Of a stretch of DNA of 64,000 nt, positions 18,971-28,452 are shown piece by piece. Positions within the stretch are counted from its first letter, which is position 1; the number at the start of each line of letters is the position of its first letter. The notes under the pieces are model-generated. The model was not told where the DNA came from. It was given only the letters and a program-made list of their open reading frames with translations, and did not search any database. A program made the position numbers and the translations under genes. Origin of the DNA: Rhodospirillales bacterium (GTDB lineage: Bacteria; Pseudomonadota; Alphaproteobacteria; Rhodospirillales; UBA2165); the NCBI GenBank assembly GCA_965221855.1, contig CBDCSV010000010.1, forward strand, positions 67,650 through 131,649. Reading direction: 5' to 3'.

Positions 18971-19034
18971 TAGAGCCGATTCACATGGTTTGTCGGCATC
19001 GCAAAGCGATTCCGACAATCCATGATCGGCTCTG
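18971..19034. mobile_element. MITE (about 64 bp) related to the adjacent element, copy 2, with a degenerate right terminus
   Basis: TAGAGCCGATTCACATGGTTTGTCGGCATCGC...GCGATTCCGACAATCCATGATCGGCTCTG. The arms are inverted repeats and resemble MITE 1 and the IS630 IRs. Confidence 0.55.
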
Positions 19035-19066
19035 GGGGGACCTACGGGGTCTATAGCGCGCCGCAC

Positions 19067-19954
19067 CTAGCCGGAAACGGCAGCGCTAAACTCGTACTCG
19101 GGGCGTTCGTCGAAAATGCCCCGTTCGTGAATCCAGTCCTGGGTCTTGGCGAAAGTTTCCTCCGTGTACGGCAGGAAAACGATCCGCTCGCCCGCATCGA
19201 AAAGCCGCACGTCGATCCTGTCCCGGTAGCGCTCGGGAATTTGCGGCTCGAAATGATGCTTGTACCTCTCCGGTTCCAGATCGATGTCCATCTGCGCCCG
19301 CTTGAGCGCGTTCATGTACTTTTGCACGTCGGCTTCGTCGACCTCGTGCGGGAACATGAAGGCGATCATGAAGCCGGTATCGGCGATCTTGCGGAGCCCC
19401 AGTTGCGCTCCCGTCTGGTAGGTCATGCCCCACAAGCTGGTCGCCGGCACATCGCGGTCAAGGCCGACATCCACCCGCTGCCATGGCAGCCCGACAAACT
19501 TGAGATTTATCTCGTCCCGCGGAAGGAACGGTTCCAGCGCCTGAATGGTCGAGAAATGGCTGCCCGAATGATAACCGACGGCGACTTCCCTGCCCGCCAG
19601 GTCTTCGGGCCGCCGAATATCCGAGTCCTCGGGCACCATGATGCCGCCGGGGGTCACGACGTAAGCGCCGCCCCACAGCCTCCCGACATCGCTCGCGGCC
19701 GCCTGGTTGACCGCCCAATGGCAGGCACAGCTGATATCGGATTTGCGGCCCTTGTTCCCTTTGCCGGCCTCGTAGGATTCGTACGCGCCCTGCTTGATCT
19801 CGACCACCTTCCCGGCCTCGTCGACCTTCTTCTCCCGGCCGGCGATCTCACCGCCCGTGATCTCGTAGTCGAGGCCTTCATCGGAAAAATACCCCTTCTC
19901 GTGAGCGACCGCTTCCTGCAGCCGGCCATGGGGTTGGATTACGAATTTTGGCAT
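19067..19954 (-). CDS. NMT1/THI5-like (periplasmic-binding-protein fold) protein with no signal peptide; function unknown
   Basis: 295 aa from MPKFVIQPHGRLQEAVAHEKGYFSDEGLDYEI. It has no N-terminal hydrophobic leader. It is divergent from a LysR regulator. The track start was trimmed to the ATG at 19954. Confidence 0.5.
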   Translation of the reverse strand: MPKFVIQPHGRLQEAVAHEKGYFSDEGLDYEITGGEIAGREKKVDEAGKVVEIKQGAYESYEAGKGNKGRKSDISCACHWAVNQAAASDVGRLWGGAYVVTPGGIMVPEDSDIRRPEDLAGREVAVGYHSGSHFSTIQALEPFLPRDEINLKFVGLPWQRVDVGLDRDVPATSLWGMTYQTGAQLGLRKIADTGFMIAFMFPHEVDEADVQKYMNALKRAQMDIDLEPERYKHHFEPQIPERYRDRIDVRLFDAGERIVFLPYTEETFAKTQDWIHERGIFDERPEYEFSAAVSG

Positions 19955-20057
19955 CCCACACACTCCCGCGAACAACATGGATTATTGAATTTGCGAAAGG
20001 ATATCACTTGGTCCATCATAAATGAAATTGATGTTTTTTATGCGGCACATTCAATAA

Positions 20058-20966
20058 ATGAATTTGAACTCCATAGATCTGAATCTGCTGACGGCGTTCG
20101 ACACCCTCATGCAACACCGCCAGGTGACCAAGGCCGGACAATCCGTCGGCCTAAGCCAGCCGGCGATGAGCAATGCTCTCTCCCGCCTGCGCAAGCTCTT
20201 CGGCGACCAGTTGTTGGTCCGATCCTCCCATGGCATGGAACCCACGCCCCGCGCCCTGGAACTTCATGAGCCCATTCGCGAGGCGCTCCAACAGTTGGAA
20301 ATCACTATCAGCGACGGCGGCGGGTTCGATCCGGCGACGGCGCAACGCTCCTTTACCATCGCCATGGCCGAAGATGCGGCGTTCTTGCTGTTGCCTCACA
20401 TCAAGAGCCGGCTGGCATCGGAGGCGCCCGGTATTTCGGTCGCGGTCATGAGCACCGCCTATGTACCGGGGGTCGATCTCGTCGAATCCGGTGAAGCCGA
20501 GCTGTCGGCGGCCCTTTTGCCGATCGACCTCTCTCCCCGCCTGCGGTCGCGGTTCCTGTTCGAGGAGAGACTTGTCTGCGTATTGCGAAAGGACCATCCC
20601 GCGCTGGACGGGGCATTTTCCCTCGAAGACTATCTCGCCTACCCGCATATCAGTCTCCAACCCAACGCGACCTCGGTGAGCCGAATCGACGTCAAGCTCA
20701 ACGAGATGGACCGGCGGCGGCGCGTCGCGGTGAGCGTTCCGCACATGCTGGTCATTCCGTTCCTATTGCCGGGAACCGAACTGATCGCCACCGTCGCGAG
20801 CCGGATTGCCGAACACTTTGCGCCCATCGCCGGCCTCGAGGTGCGCCGGCTGCCGGTGGATGTGACGCCGCACGAAGCGCACCTGGCCTGGCACTACAGG
20901 TTCGACCAGGACCCCGGCCACACATGGATGCGCGATCTGATCTCCGGCGTCGCGGCGAGGCTCTAA
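20058..20966 (+). CDS. LysR-family transcriptional regulator
   Basis: N-terminal wHTH LNLLTAFDTLMQHRQVTKAGQSVGLSQPAMSNALSRLR followed by a substrate-binding domain. The intergenic region shared with the divergent gene is AT-rich and contains ATTCA-N5-TGAAT at 20049..20063. Confidence 0.9.
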   Translation: MNLNSIDLNLLTAFDTLMQHRQVTKAGQSVGLSQPAMSNALSRLRKLFGDQLLVRSSHGMEPTPRALELHEPIREALQQLEITISDGGGFDPATAQRSFTIAMAEDAAFLLLPHIKSRLASEAPGISVAVMSTAYVPGVDLVESGEAELSAALLPIDLSPRLRSRFLFEERLVCVLRKDHPALDGAFSLEDYLAYPHISLQPNATSVSRIDVKLNEMDRRRRVAVSVPHMLVIPFLLPGTELIATVASRIAEHFAPIAGLEVRRLPVDVTPHEAHLAWHYRFDQDPGHTWMRDLISGVAARL

Positions 20967-20970
20967 ATCG

Positions 20971-21831
20971 CTAGTCGAATGTGGCGGAAGCCTCCATCGC
21001 GATTCCGCCGTCCGGCGTAACCGCCCAGAGTTCGCAGGAGTTTCCGTCTTCGCCCGGCCGGCCGAGGAGCCGGATCGGATTGCCGCCGAACAACGGCGCG
21101 CGGGCCCGTTGCCGAAAGGTCTTCATCGTTCCGCCCGGCATGTTGTCCATGGCGAGATTGAACAGGAGCGTCGCCGTCAGCGGTCCGTGCACCACCAGCC
21201 CCGGATAACCCTCGACCTCGGTCGTATAGGGAAGGTCGTAGTGGATCCGGTGAGGATTGAACGTACAGGCCGAGTAGCGGAACAGCATCACGGCATCGGG
21301 CGTGATGACCTGCTCCCATTCATAGTCATCGGACGCGGGTTCGGTCGGCGGCATTTTATTGTTTTCGCCGGGCTTCGCGGCCTCGCGAAAGACCAGGTCC
21401 CATTCGTCCTCGATAGCCAAGCCGTCGGCGCCCGAAATTTCCAGTCCATAGGCGGCGAATACCAACCGGCCCGAGCGGCCTTGCTTCACGTTCACGTCGC
21501 GGAGCGTCATCACCCGCCTCGCGTGATCGCCGACACGAAGGGGGCCGTGAAAAGTCATCCGGTTGCCGGCAAACATCCGTCTCGGCAGAGGGTCGTCGGG
21601 GCCGCCCTCGACCTCCACGGCCATGCCGTCGGGGCCGAGCTCGCCCGGCGGGCGAAGACGCGGGAAGAATATCTGATGCCAGGCCGGCGGGACCGGATCG
21701 CCTTCGGACAGAGGAGGATCACTCCGGCCCAGCGTGACGCTCAACCGGTGCGCCTGGTTCGCGGTAATCACGTCCTCGATCGCCGCGCTGTGGCCGATCG
21801 CCTTCTTGAACGCCTCGACAAGATCCGCCAT
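20971..21831 (-). CDS. MaoC-like double hot-dog (R)-hydratase (itaconyl/mesaconyl-CoA hydratase-like)
   Basis: 286 aa with an N-terminal FAS1-like dehydratase half and a C-terminal MaoC half (FNPHRIHYD, GYPGLVVHGPL). Confidence 0.65.
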   Translation of the reverse strand: MADLVEAFKKAIGHSAAIEDVITANQAHRLSVTLGRSDPPLSEGDPVPPAWHQIFFPRLRPPGELGPDGMAVEVEGGPDDPLPRRMFAGNRMTFHGPLRVGDHARRVMTLRDVNVKQGRSGRLVFAAYGLEISGADGLAIEDEWDLVFREAAKPGENNKMPPTEPASDDYEWEQVITPDAVMLFRYSACTFNPHRIHYDLPYTTEVEGYPGLVVHGPLTATLLFNLAMDNMPGGTMKTFRQRARAPLFGGNPIRLLGRPGEDGNSCELWAVTPDGGIAMEASATFD

Positions 21832-21847
21832 TTCCCCCTCGCCTCCT

Positions 21848-21869
21848 GATCAAAAAATGATCGTGATCA
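21848..21869. promoter_or_regulatory. Operator-like GATC-rich motif GATCAAAAAATGATCGTGATCA, copy 1
   Basis: 21 of 22 positions are identical to 28453..28474. It contains the palindrome TGATC-GT-GATCA and lies 17-38 nt upstream of the MaoC-like gene start. Confidence 0.5.
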
Positions 21870-21952
21870 TATTTTTTTGCGCCCCCGCGGTACACCGCTA
21901 TTATGGGCGAAACGGTACCCGCCGGGCTCTCGCCGGGGCGTCGGCCGGGCAA

Positions 21953-22594
21953 CTACGGGAGGTCAGGATTCGGAACCAAACCCTCAATCACCAGCCGGAG
22001 ATAGAGACGGAGGGTTTCGAGCCCTTCTTCGAGATCGGGATCGGGCCGGCGGAGCCATTCCCGGATTTGCGCCCGGTAGATGCTCCACAGAACGCCGAAT
22101 ACGGTTTCGGGCTCTTCGCCCTGAACGATCCGGCCTTGCTGCTGCATTTTGGAGATCATGTCGACGAACTGCCGCTCGATTCGGAGGACGCCGCCGTTGA
22201 AGCGATCGGCCTGCTCCCCGCCCTGGAAGAAGCTGACTTCGCGCAGCAAGTCGCGGGCGAGCTCCGGCCGCGCCGCGAAGAACTCATAGAAGTTGGCGAA
22301 GATCTGCATGAGTTGGTCGATCAGAGGCGCATCTTCGGTCCGTCCGGCAAACGCGGTATCGGCGAGGTCGTCAAAATCGTCGTTGTAGATTAGGAAGAGG
22401 AGATCCCGCTTGTCGCTCGCGTACCGAAACAGCGTACCAAAGCCGACGTCGGCCCGCTGGGCGATTTCGCGCGTGGTCGCCTCGTCGAAGCCCTTTTCGA
22501 TAAACAGCTCGCGCGCGGCCAGCTTTATCCGCCTGAGCTTGTCTTGCTTGTTTCGTTCGCGGACACTCAGGCCGACGGCCATTGGATCGCTCAT
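21953..22594 (-). CDS. TetR/AcrR-family transcriptional regulator
   Basis: 213 aa from MSDPMAVG. HTH region RRIKLAARELFIEKGFDEATTREIAQRADVGFGTLFRY. The track start was trimmed. Confidence 0.85.
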   Translation of the reverse strand: MSDPMAVGLSVRERNKQDKLRRIKLAARELFIEKGFDEATTREIAQRADVGFGTLFRYASDKRDLLFLIYNDDFDDLADTAFAGRTEDAPLIDQLMQIFANFYEFFAARPELARDLLREVSFFQGGEQADRFNGGVLRIERQFVDMISKMQQQGRIVQGEEPETVFGVLWSIYRAQIREWLRRPDPDLEEGLETLRLYLRLVIEGLVPNPDLP

Positions 22595-22679
22595 GCTACT
22601 CGTTCCTTCGGAATTTCTCGTCTTACGACCCAAGAAAGGTCGCTCCTAGGCCGATGTCAACCCCGGCAGGATACTGATT

Positions 22680-23579
22680 ATGCCTTACGAAAAGATTCTC
22701 TATGAGGTCGACGACCGGATTGCGACCATTACTTTGAACATGCCCGACAGGCGGAACGCCCTCAGCTGGCCGATGCTCGACGAGCTCGGCGATGCGCTCA
22801 AGACGGCGGAGACCGATACCGCAGTCCGGGTGATCATCATCAAAGGCGCCGGAACCTGCTTTTGCGCGGGCCACGAATTGAGCCCGGAAATGGGAAATTC
22901 GCCCAAGCATCTCGGACCCGGAACCTGGGACGAACTGGTGAAGAACCACGACGGCCCGGGGATCGGGGTCGGCGTTTGGGACAGCCGGGCACAGGTGCAG
23001 GGACATATCGAACGGTCCCTGGAGATATGGAACTGCTGGAAACCGGTCATTGCCCAGGTCCATAGCTACTGCCTCGGCGGCGGCACCGGCATTGCGCTCG
23101 CCTGCGACTTGCTGATCGCCGGCGAGGACGCCCGCCTCGGCTATCCCCCGGCCAGGTCCATGGCGCCCGGCGAGGAGATCGCCATCTTCTCGTGGCACGT
23201 CGGGCTCAAGAAGGCCAAGGAGCTGTCCCTTACCGGCGACTCGCTCACGGCCAAGGAGATGCTCCATTACGGAATGGCCAACCACGTGGTCGCCAACGAC
23301 AAGCTCGAGGAAACCACCCGGACCATCGCCAGGCGGATCGCCAACATCGATTCCGAACTGCTGTCCCTTTCGAAGACATTGGTCAACCGCATCTTCGACC
23401 AGATGGGATACTCCCATTCCCTGCGGGTCAGCGGCGAGTACATCTCCATTGCCCACCGGCTGAAGGCGCTTGGCGACTTCAACAAGAAAATAAAGGAAAA
23501 AGGCATCAAGGAAGCGCTGCGCGAACGGGACGAGCCTTTCGGCGGCGTGGTGGGCCGGTACCCCCCGGTGGACGACTAG
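22680..23579 (+). CDS. Enoyl-CoA hydratase/isomerase (crotonase) family protein
   Basis: It reads ILYEVDDRIATITLNMPDRRNAL...IIIKGAGTCFCAGHEL, a typical crotonase N-terminus with oxyanion-hole segments. Confidence 0.85.
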   Translation: MPYEKILYEVDDRIATITLNMPDRRNALSWPMLDELGDALKTAETDTAVRVIIIKGAGTCFCAGHELSPEMGNSPKHLGPGTWDELVKNHDGPGIGVGVWDSRAQVQGHIERSLEIWNCWKPVIAQVHSYCLGGGTGIALACDLLIAGEDARLGYPPARSMAPGEEIAIFSWHVGLKKAKELSLTGDSLTAKEMLHYGMANHVVANDKLEETTRTIARRIANIDSELLSLSKTLVNRIFDQMGYSHSLRVSGEYISIAHRLKALGDFNKKIKEKGIKEALRERDEPFGGVVGRYPPVDD

Positions 23580-23583
23580 GCCC

Positions 23584-25455
23584 ATGGACGGCGCGTCGGC
23601 ATCTCGGCCGATCAAGATTCGGACGCTCGCGGATATCGAAGCGCTCGAGCAGGGGCCGCTCGAAGACAAGATCGCTCTCTGGACCATCTATGATCTGGTT
23701 TGCCACGGGGCATCCCTCGACCCGGAGCGCCCGGCCATCCATTTCCTGCCGGCGGGATCGCCGGACGAGGAGCCGGAGACCCTCACCTTCGGCCGGTTCA
23801 TCGGCCGGGTCCGGCAGGCCGCCAACGCATTGAACGAACTCGGTGTCGGCCCGAAGGACGCCGTCGCGATCATGCTGCCCCTGGTCCCGCAAAACTATAT
23901 CTCGCTGATCGCCGGGACGGCCGCGGGTATCGCCGCGCCCGTCAACTGGATGCTGGAGCCTTCGCAGCTCACCGAGATCATCAACGCGACGCGCGCCAAG
24001 GTCCTGATCTGTCTCGGCCCGTCCCCCGACTTCGAGATCTGGGACAAGGTGACCGCCATGCGACCTTATCTCACCACGGTGGAACATGTGCTTCAGGTGC
24101 GGGCGCCGGGCGCGGCCCCCATCGACGACGGGCTGGATGAGCTCGCCGGCCGGCAGCCCGGCGACCGGCTGATCTCCGGACGTGAAATACGGGCCGGCGA
24201 CGTCGCCATATACGCCCATACCGGCGGCACCACGGGAACCCCCAAAATCGCCCAGCTTCAGCACAAGGGCTTCGCCTACAAATGCTGGGCCTATGAAATC
24301 CTGCTGGAACAGGAAGCGGGGCAGGCCGTGTTCGCCGTTCACCCCCTCTTCCATATCGGCGGCATGGTCTATCATACCGTCTCCGCGTTCGCCCGGGGCA
24401 TCACAAGCCTGGTTCCGGGCACGGTCGGCTTCCGGGACAAGGCGGTGGTGGAGAACTACTGGCGGTTCGTCGAGAAGTACCGCATCACCGATTTTTTCGG
24501 CGTCCCGACCACGCTCTCGGCGCTGGCCGGCATCCCGGTCGGCGACGCGGACGTCTCCAGCCTCCGGCCCTATTGCATGACCGGCTCGGCGGGCTTGCCG
24601 GTGGAGATCGCCGAAAAATTCGAGCGCGACATCGGCGTCCGGGTGCTCTGCAACTACGGCATGACCGAGAACACCGCAACCATCGCCGTCCCGCCCCGGG
24701 ACGGCGATCCGAGATTTGGTTCGGCCGGGTTTCGACTGCCCTATACGGAGATCCGGATTGTCGAACTTGACGGCGACGGCGGACTGCGGCGGGAGTGCGA
24801 AACGGACGAGGTCGGCCTGATCCTGGTCCGCAGTCCGGGCGTCATCCCGGGCTATCTCAACCAGGCCCTCGACGAAGGACTGTTCTTCGAGGACGGCTGG
24901 ATCAACACCGGCGATCTCGGCCGGCTGGACCCGGACGGCTACATCTGGATCACCGGACGGATCAAGGACGTCATCAACCGGAGCGGCCACAATATCGATC
25001 CGGCCGTCATCGAGGACGCCCTGCTGACCCATGAAGACGTCCAGCTTTCCGCGGCGGTGGGCAGGCCCGACGCCTATGCGGGAGAACTGCCCGTGGCGTA
25101 TGTCCAGCTCAAGCCCGGCGCTTCCGCCTCGGAGGCCGAGTTGCTGTCATTCGCCCGGGATCACGTACCGGAGAGGGCGGCAACCCCGAAATCCATCACC
25201 ATCATGGATGCCCTGCCGCTCACGGGTGTGGGCAAGATATTCAAGCCCGCGCTCCGCGACCGGGCGGCAATCGACTTCTTTGAAGAGCTGCTGGCCCCGT
25301 TGCTCCATCAGGGCGCCCATATGGAAATTACACCTAAGGACGATGCGCGCCGCGGGCACTACCTGAGCATCCGCATTACCGGGAGCGGGGACCGCGAGGG
25401 CGTCGAAAGCGCGCTTTCGGCCTTCGCGGTTCCGCCGGAGGTCATTTGGCGGTAA
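23584..25455 (+). CDS. AMP-forming acyl-CoA synthetase (long, about 620-aa class resembling feruloyl/hydroxycinnamoyl-CoA synthetases)
   Basis: AMP-binding motifs YAHTGGTTGTPK, GMTE, TGDLGRLDPDGYIWITGRIKD and the C-terminal lysine region GKIFK. Confidence 0.8.
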   Translation: MDGASASRPIKIRTLADIEALEQGPLEDKIALWTIYDLVCHGASLDPERPAIHFLPAGSPDEEPETLTFGRFIGRVRQAANALNELGVGPKDAVAIMLPLVPQNYISLIAGTAAGIAAPVNWMLEPSQLTEIINATRAKVLICLGPSPDFEIWDKVTAMRPYLTTVEHVLQVRAPGAAPIDDGLDELAGRQPGDRLISGREIRAGDVAIYAHTGGTTGTPKIAQLQHKGFAYKCWAYEILLEQEAGQAVFAVHPLFHIGGMVYHTVSAFARGITSLVPGTVGFRDKAVVENYWRFVEKYRITDFFGVPTTLSALAGIPVGDADVSSLRPYCMTGSAGLPVEIAEKFERDIGVRVLCNYGMTENTATIAVPPRDGDPRFGSAGFRLPYTEIRIVELDGDGGLRRECETDEVGLILVRSPGVIPGYLNQALDEGLFFEDGWINTGDLGRLDPDGYIWITGRIKDVINRSGHNIDPAVIEDALLTHEDVQLSAAVGRPDAYAGELPVAYVQLKPGASASEAELLSFARDHVPERAATPKSITIMDALPLTGVGKIFKPALRDRAAIDFFEELLAPLLHQGAHMEITPKDDARRGHYLSIRITGSGDREGVESALSAFAVPPEVIWR

Positions 25456-25461
25456 CCGCGG

Positions 25462-26769
25462 TCACATCAGCCCGGCCGCGCGGGGGAGCCAAAGGGTCAA
25501 TATGGGGAAGCTGACCAATATCGCCAGCCGGATCAGATCCGCGGTGAAAAACGGGATGATCCCGGCGAAAATTTTCTTCAGTGGTATGTCGGGCGCCATG
25601 CCGTGGAGGACGAATACGATCACCCCTATGGGCGGGGTGATCAGTCCGATCTCGATCACCATGATGTTGATGATCCCCCACCAAACGGGGTCGAACCCCA
25701 GGCCGGTAACCAACGGAAAGACGACCGGCAAGGTGATCACCATGGCGGCCACGGTATCGAAGATACTGCCCAACACCAGATACATGACGAGTAGCGCAAG
25801 GATGACGACCGCGGTCGGCAGTTTCATCTCGGCAATGCCGTCGACCAGGAATTCCGGCAGTTGGGTCAACGTGATGAAATTGGAAAAGATGCTGGCGCCG
25901 ATGATGATCACGAAGATCATGACCGTCGTCGCGGCGGTTTCGTTGAGCGCCTGAACGAATACCTCTTTCGACAGGTTTCCGGTCTGCCAGGTAAATATGA
26001 AGGATAGGCTGGCGCCGACGGCAGCCGCCTCGAGGACGGTGAAGAAACCGCCATAGATGCCGCCGCTAACAATCACCGCCAGCAAAATTACCCGCCAGGC
26101 GGAGAGGATGACCCGGCCGCGCTCGGCCCATTTCACCCGCTCGCCCGCCGGACCACTGCCCTTCTTCCAGCGGACGAAGACGGCGACGGTCAGAATGTAG
26201 ATGCCGATGGTCACCAACCCGGGAATGATCGCCGCGATAAACATGGCGATGACGAACTGCTCGGTCAGAATGGAATAGAGGATCATCAGGTTGGACGGCG
26301 GAATGAGAATGCCGAGCGTCCCGCCCCCGGCGATACAGCCGGCGGCCAACTCATCCGAGTATTTGCGCCGCCGCATCTCGGGTAGCGCCACCCGCATGAA
26401 GGTCGATGCGGTCGCCAACGAGGAGCCGCAGACCGCGCCGAAGCCGCCACAGCCGGCAACCGTCGCCATCGCCAGGCCTCCACGGAAATGTCCGAAAAAG
26501 ACGGAGAAAAGGGCGTACAGTTCCCGGGACAGGCCGGCGGCCGAAGCAAAGCTGCCCATCAGCAGAAACATGGGGATGGCGGCAAGGCTTTCGTTGGAGA
26601 TCAGTTCCGTCGGTACGCTGCCGAATAGGGACGCCGCGGTATTGAAATTGATCAGAATTCCGACGCCGAGAAACCCGGTAAAGGCCATCGCCATGCCGAT
26701 GGGAACATGCAATGCGATCAACGCGAACATGACGATGATTCCGAGGATGGCCAGCAGGATCGGATCCAT
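25462..26769 (-). CDS. dctM: TRAP transporter large permease
   Basis: 435 aa, about 12 TM helices, with typical DctM sequence (MDPILLAILGIIVMFALIALHVPIGMAM...). Confidence 0.9.
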   Translation of the reverse strand: MDPILLAILGIIVMFALIALHVPIGMAMAFTGFLGVGILINFNTAASLFGSVPTELISNESLAAIPMFLLMGSFASAAGLSRELYALFSVFFGHFRGGLAMATVAGCGGFGAVCGSSLATASTFMRVALPEMRRRKYSDELAAGCIAGGGTLGILIPPSNLMILYSILTEQFVIAMFIAAIIPGLVTIGIYILTVAVFVRWKKGSGPAGERVKWAERGRVILSAWRVILLAVIVSGGIYGGFFTVLEAAAVGASLSFIFTWQTGNLSKEVFVQALNETAATTVMIFVIIIGASIFSNFITLTQLPEFLVDGIAEMKLPTAVVILALLVMYLVLGSIFDTVAAMVITLPVVFPLVTGLGFDPVWWGIINIMVIEIGLITPPIGVIVFVLHGMAPDIPLKKIFAGIIPFFTADLIRLAILVSFPILTLWLPRAAGLM

Positions 26770-26781
26770 CGCCGCTCCCCC

Positions 26782-27303
26782 TTAGCCGCTTTCGTCGGCA
26801 GGCGCTGAGCGTCCCGTCACCGCCTGATACAGGCGGTCAGACAGGACAAAGAGCTGGACCGGCAGGCAGAGAATGAAAATGCCGCTCACCGCCCACCACC
26901 ACGGTGCCTGGGGCAATTCCAGGGTCAGGGTGGCCAATCCGTCCCGCGTGACGATGACCGTGAAGCCAAATACTTTCCACGCCAACAGGATGACGACGGT
27001 GAAGGTGATAACGGCGCCGAACACTTCGAGCCACAGCCCGGCCCGCTCGCCGAGCGCCTTGCCCAGGAAACGTATGGTGACGTTGTGGCCGGCGACCAGC
27101 CCGACAGGATAAAAACTGGCGATCACCACGGCGAAGGTGAATTTGGTAATGTCCCCCAGGCCTTCCAGGGGACTATTGAAGATGACCCGGAGCAATATAT
27201 CCAGGAGGATCGTGATCGAGACCACGAGTATCCCCGTGGCCCCGATCATCGCAACTAGATTGGTTCCGCGGCCGACACGGCTGCGGAGGTTGGACATCAT
27301 CAC
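26782..27303 (-). CDS. dctQ: TRAP transporter small permease
   Basis: 173 aa with 4 TM helices, directly upstream of dctM. Confidence 0.8.
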   Translation of the reverse strand: MMMSNLRSRVGRGTNLVAMIGATGILVVSITILLDILLRVIFNSPLEGLGDITKFTFAVVIASFYPVGLVAGHNVTIRFLGKALGERAGLWLEVFGAVITFTVVILLAWKVFGFTVIVTRDGLATLTLELPQAPWWWAVSGIFILCLPVQLFVLSDRLYQAVTGRSAPADESG

Positions 27304-27321
27304 AAATCCGCCGTCCGGGCG

Positions 27322-28356
27322 TCAGCTTCCAGCCCGGACCTCTTTGAGGATCTTCCGGAACGTCGCCATTTTCTTGGCGCCATCGGGCGTCTTTGCGACC
27401 CACTCATCGTGCATGCTCTTGAACATGGCGGCACGCTTGGCCTGATCGGCGGCGTTGAACTCGAAGATGGTGCCGCCCCGCTGCGCCCGGGCCCGTTCCA
27501 GGACTGCCGCGCTCTGCCGGTCGAAGACTTGACCCATGTTGCGGGCAAACTTTTCGCCGCCGTGGGCCATCATGGCATCCTTGGCCTTCCGGGACAGACC
27601 GTCGTAGACCTTCTTGTTGATGGCAATGATGAAGCTGCGAACACCCAACTGATCCCAGATGGAGCTCTTGGCCAGCGGCTCGAGACGGAAAGCCTGCAGG
27701 GCGCCCCATGTGGTCATGGTCCCATCGACGACTCCGGTATTGAGCGCCTGGGCGGTCTTGGTGATCGGCATGCCGACGGGTGTGCCGCCGAAAATCTTGA
27801 TGATCCCGGATTCGGCCGGGCCCGCGACCCGGATTTTGGCTCCCTTTATCGCATCGATGGATTTGACCGGCTTGCGGAAATGGATCAGCGAATTGTCATT
27901 CGTATAGAGAGTCACGACATGAACCCTGTCGAGACCACGCAGCAGGCCCGTCCGCCCGAGACGCCACAGCGCGACCGACCCCTCCTCCGCATTCTTGATG
28001 CCGAGATAGGGAAGCGAGAGCAGCGAAAAATCCGGGAACTGGGCGAGGACGTACGCAGGCACAATGATAGTCGCGTCCTGGACCCCGTTCTCGAGGATCT
28101 CATACTGCTTCAACGGGCTTCGGCTGAGCGAGCCGCCCCAGAATTGTTGGAATGACACTTCGCCGTTGGTCGCCTTCTCGACCTCCTTGATCCACGGAAC
28201 AATTCCGAATTTTACTTCATGCGCCTTGGGCGGAACGAATGATCCGATTTTGATGCTGGATTTCTGGGCCGCCGCGTCGCCAGCCCCGACTGAGCCGGCG
28301 ATGACGCCGGCGAGCGCCATGCATGAAAGACTACGAACGAACGATTTGATGAGCAT
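27322..28356 (-). CDS. dctP: TRAP transporter substrate-binding protein
   Basis: 344 aa from MLIKSFVRSLSCMALAGVIAGSVGAGDAAAQ (signal peptide), with DctP-type body sequence. The track start was trimmed. Confidence 0.85.
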   Translation of the reverse strand: MLIKSFVRSLSCMALAGVIAGSVGAGDAAAQKSSIKIGSFVPPKAHEVKFGIVPWIKEVEKATNGEVSFQQFWGGSLSRSPLKQYEILENGVQDATIIVPAYVLAQFPDFSLLSLPYLGIKNAEEGSVALWRLGRTGLLRGLDRVHVVTLYTNDNSLIHFRKPVKSIDAIKGAKIRVAGPAESGIIKIFGGTPVGMPITKTAQALNTGVVDGTMTTWGALQAFRLEPLAKSSIWDQLGVRSFIIAINKKVYDGLSRKAKDAMMAHGGEKFARNMGQVFDRQSAAVLERARAQRGGTIFEFNAADQAKRAAMFKSMHDEWVAKTPDGAKKMATFRKILKEVRAGS

Positions 28357-28452
28357 AGAAACCACCTCCCATGAGCAGTTTGGCGGGCCTGCGCATGCAG
28401 GACCGGCCATCCGATCCAAGGCGACGTCCAGTGGCGTTAACCGCCGCAATCA

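Noticed and set aside
21858-21875. The TGATCGTGATCA hairpin plus T-run as an intrinsic terminator for the TetR gene.
   Set aside because: A 5-bp stem with a 2-nt loop is too weak to be a credible terminator. The same element recurs upstream of dctP, where no upstream gene needs terminating at that exact point, so an operator or promoter role fits better.
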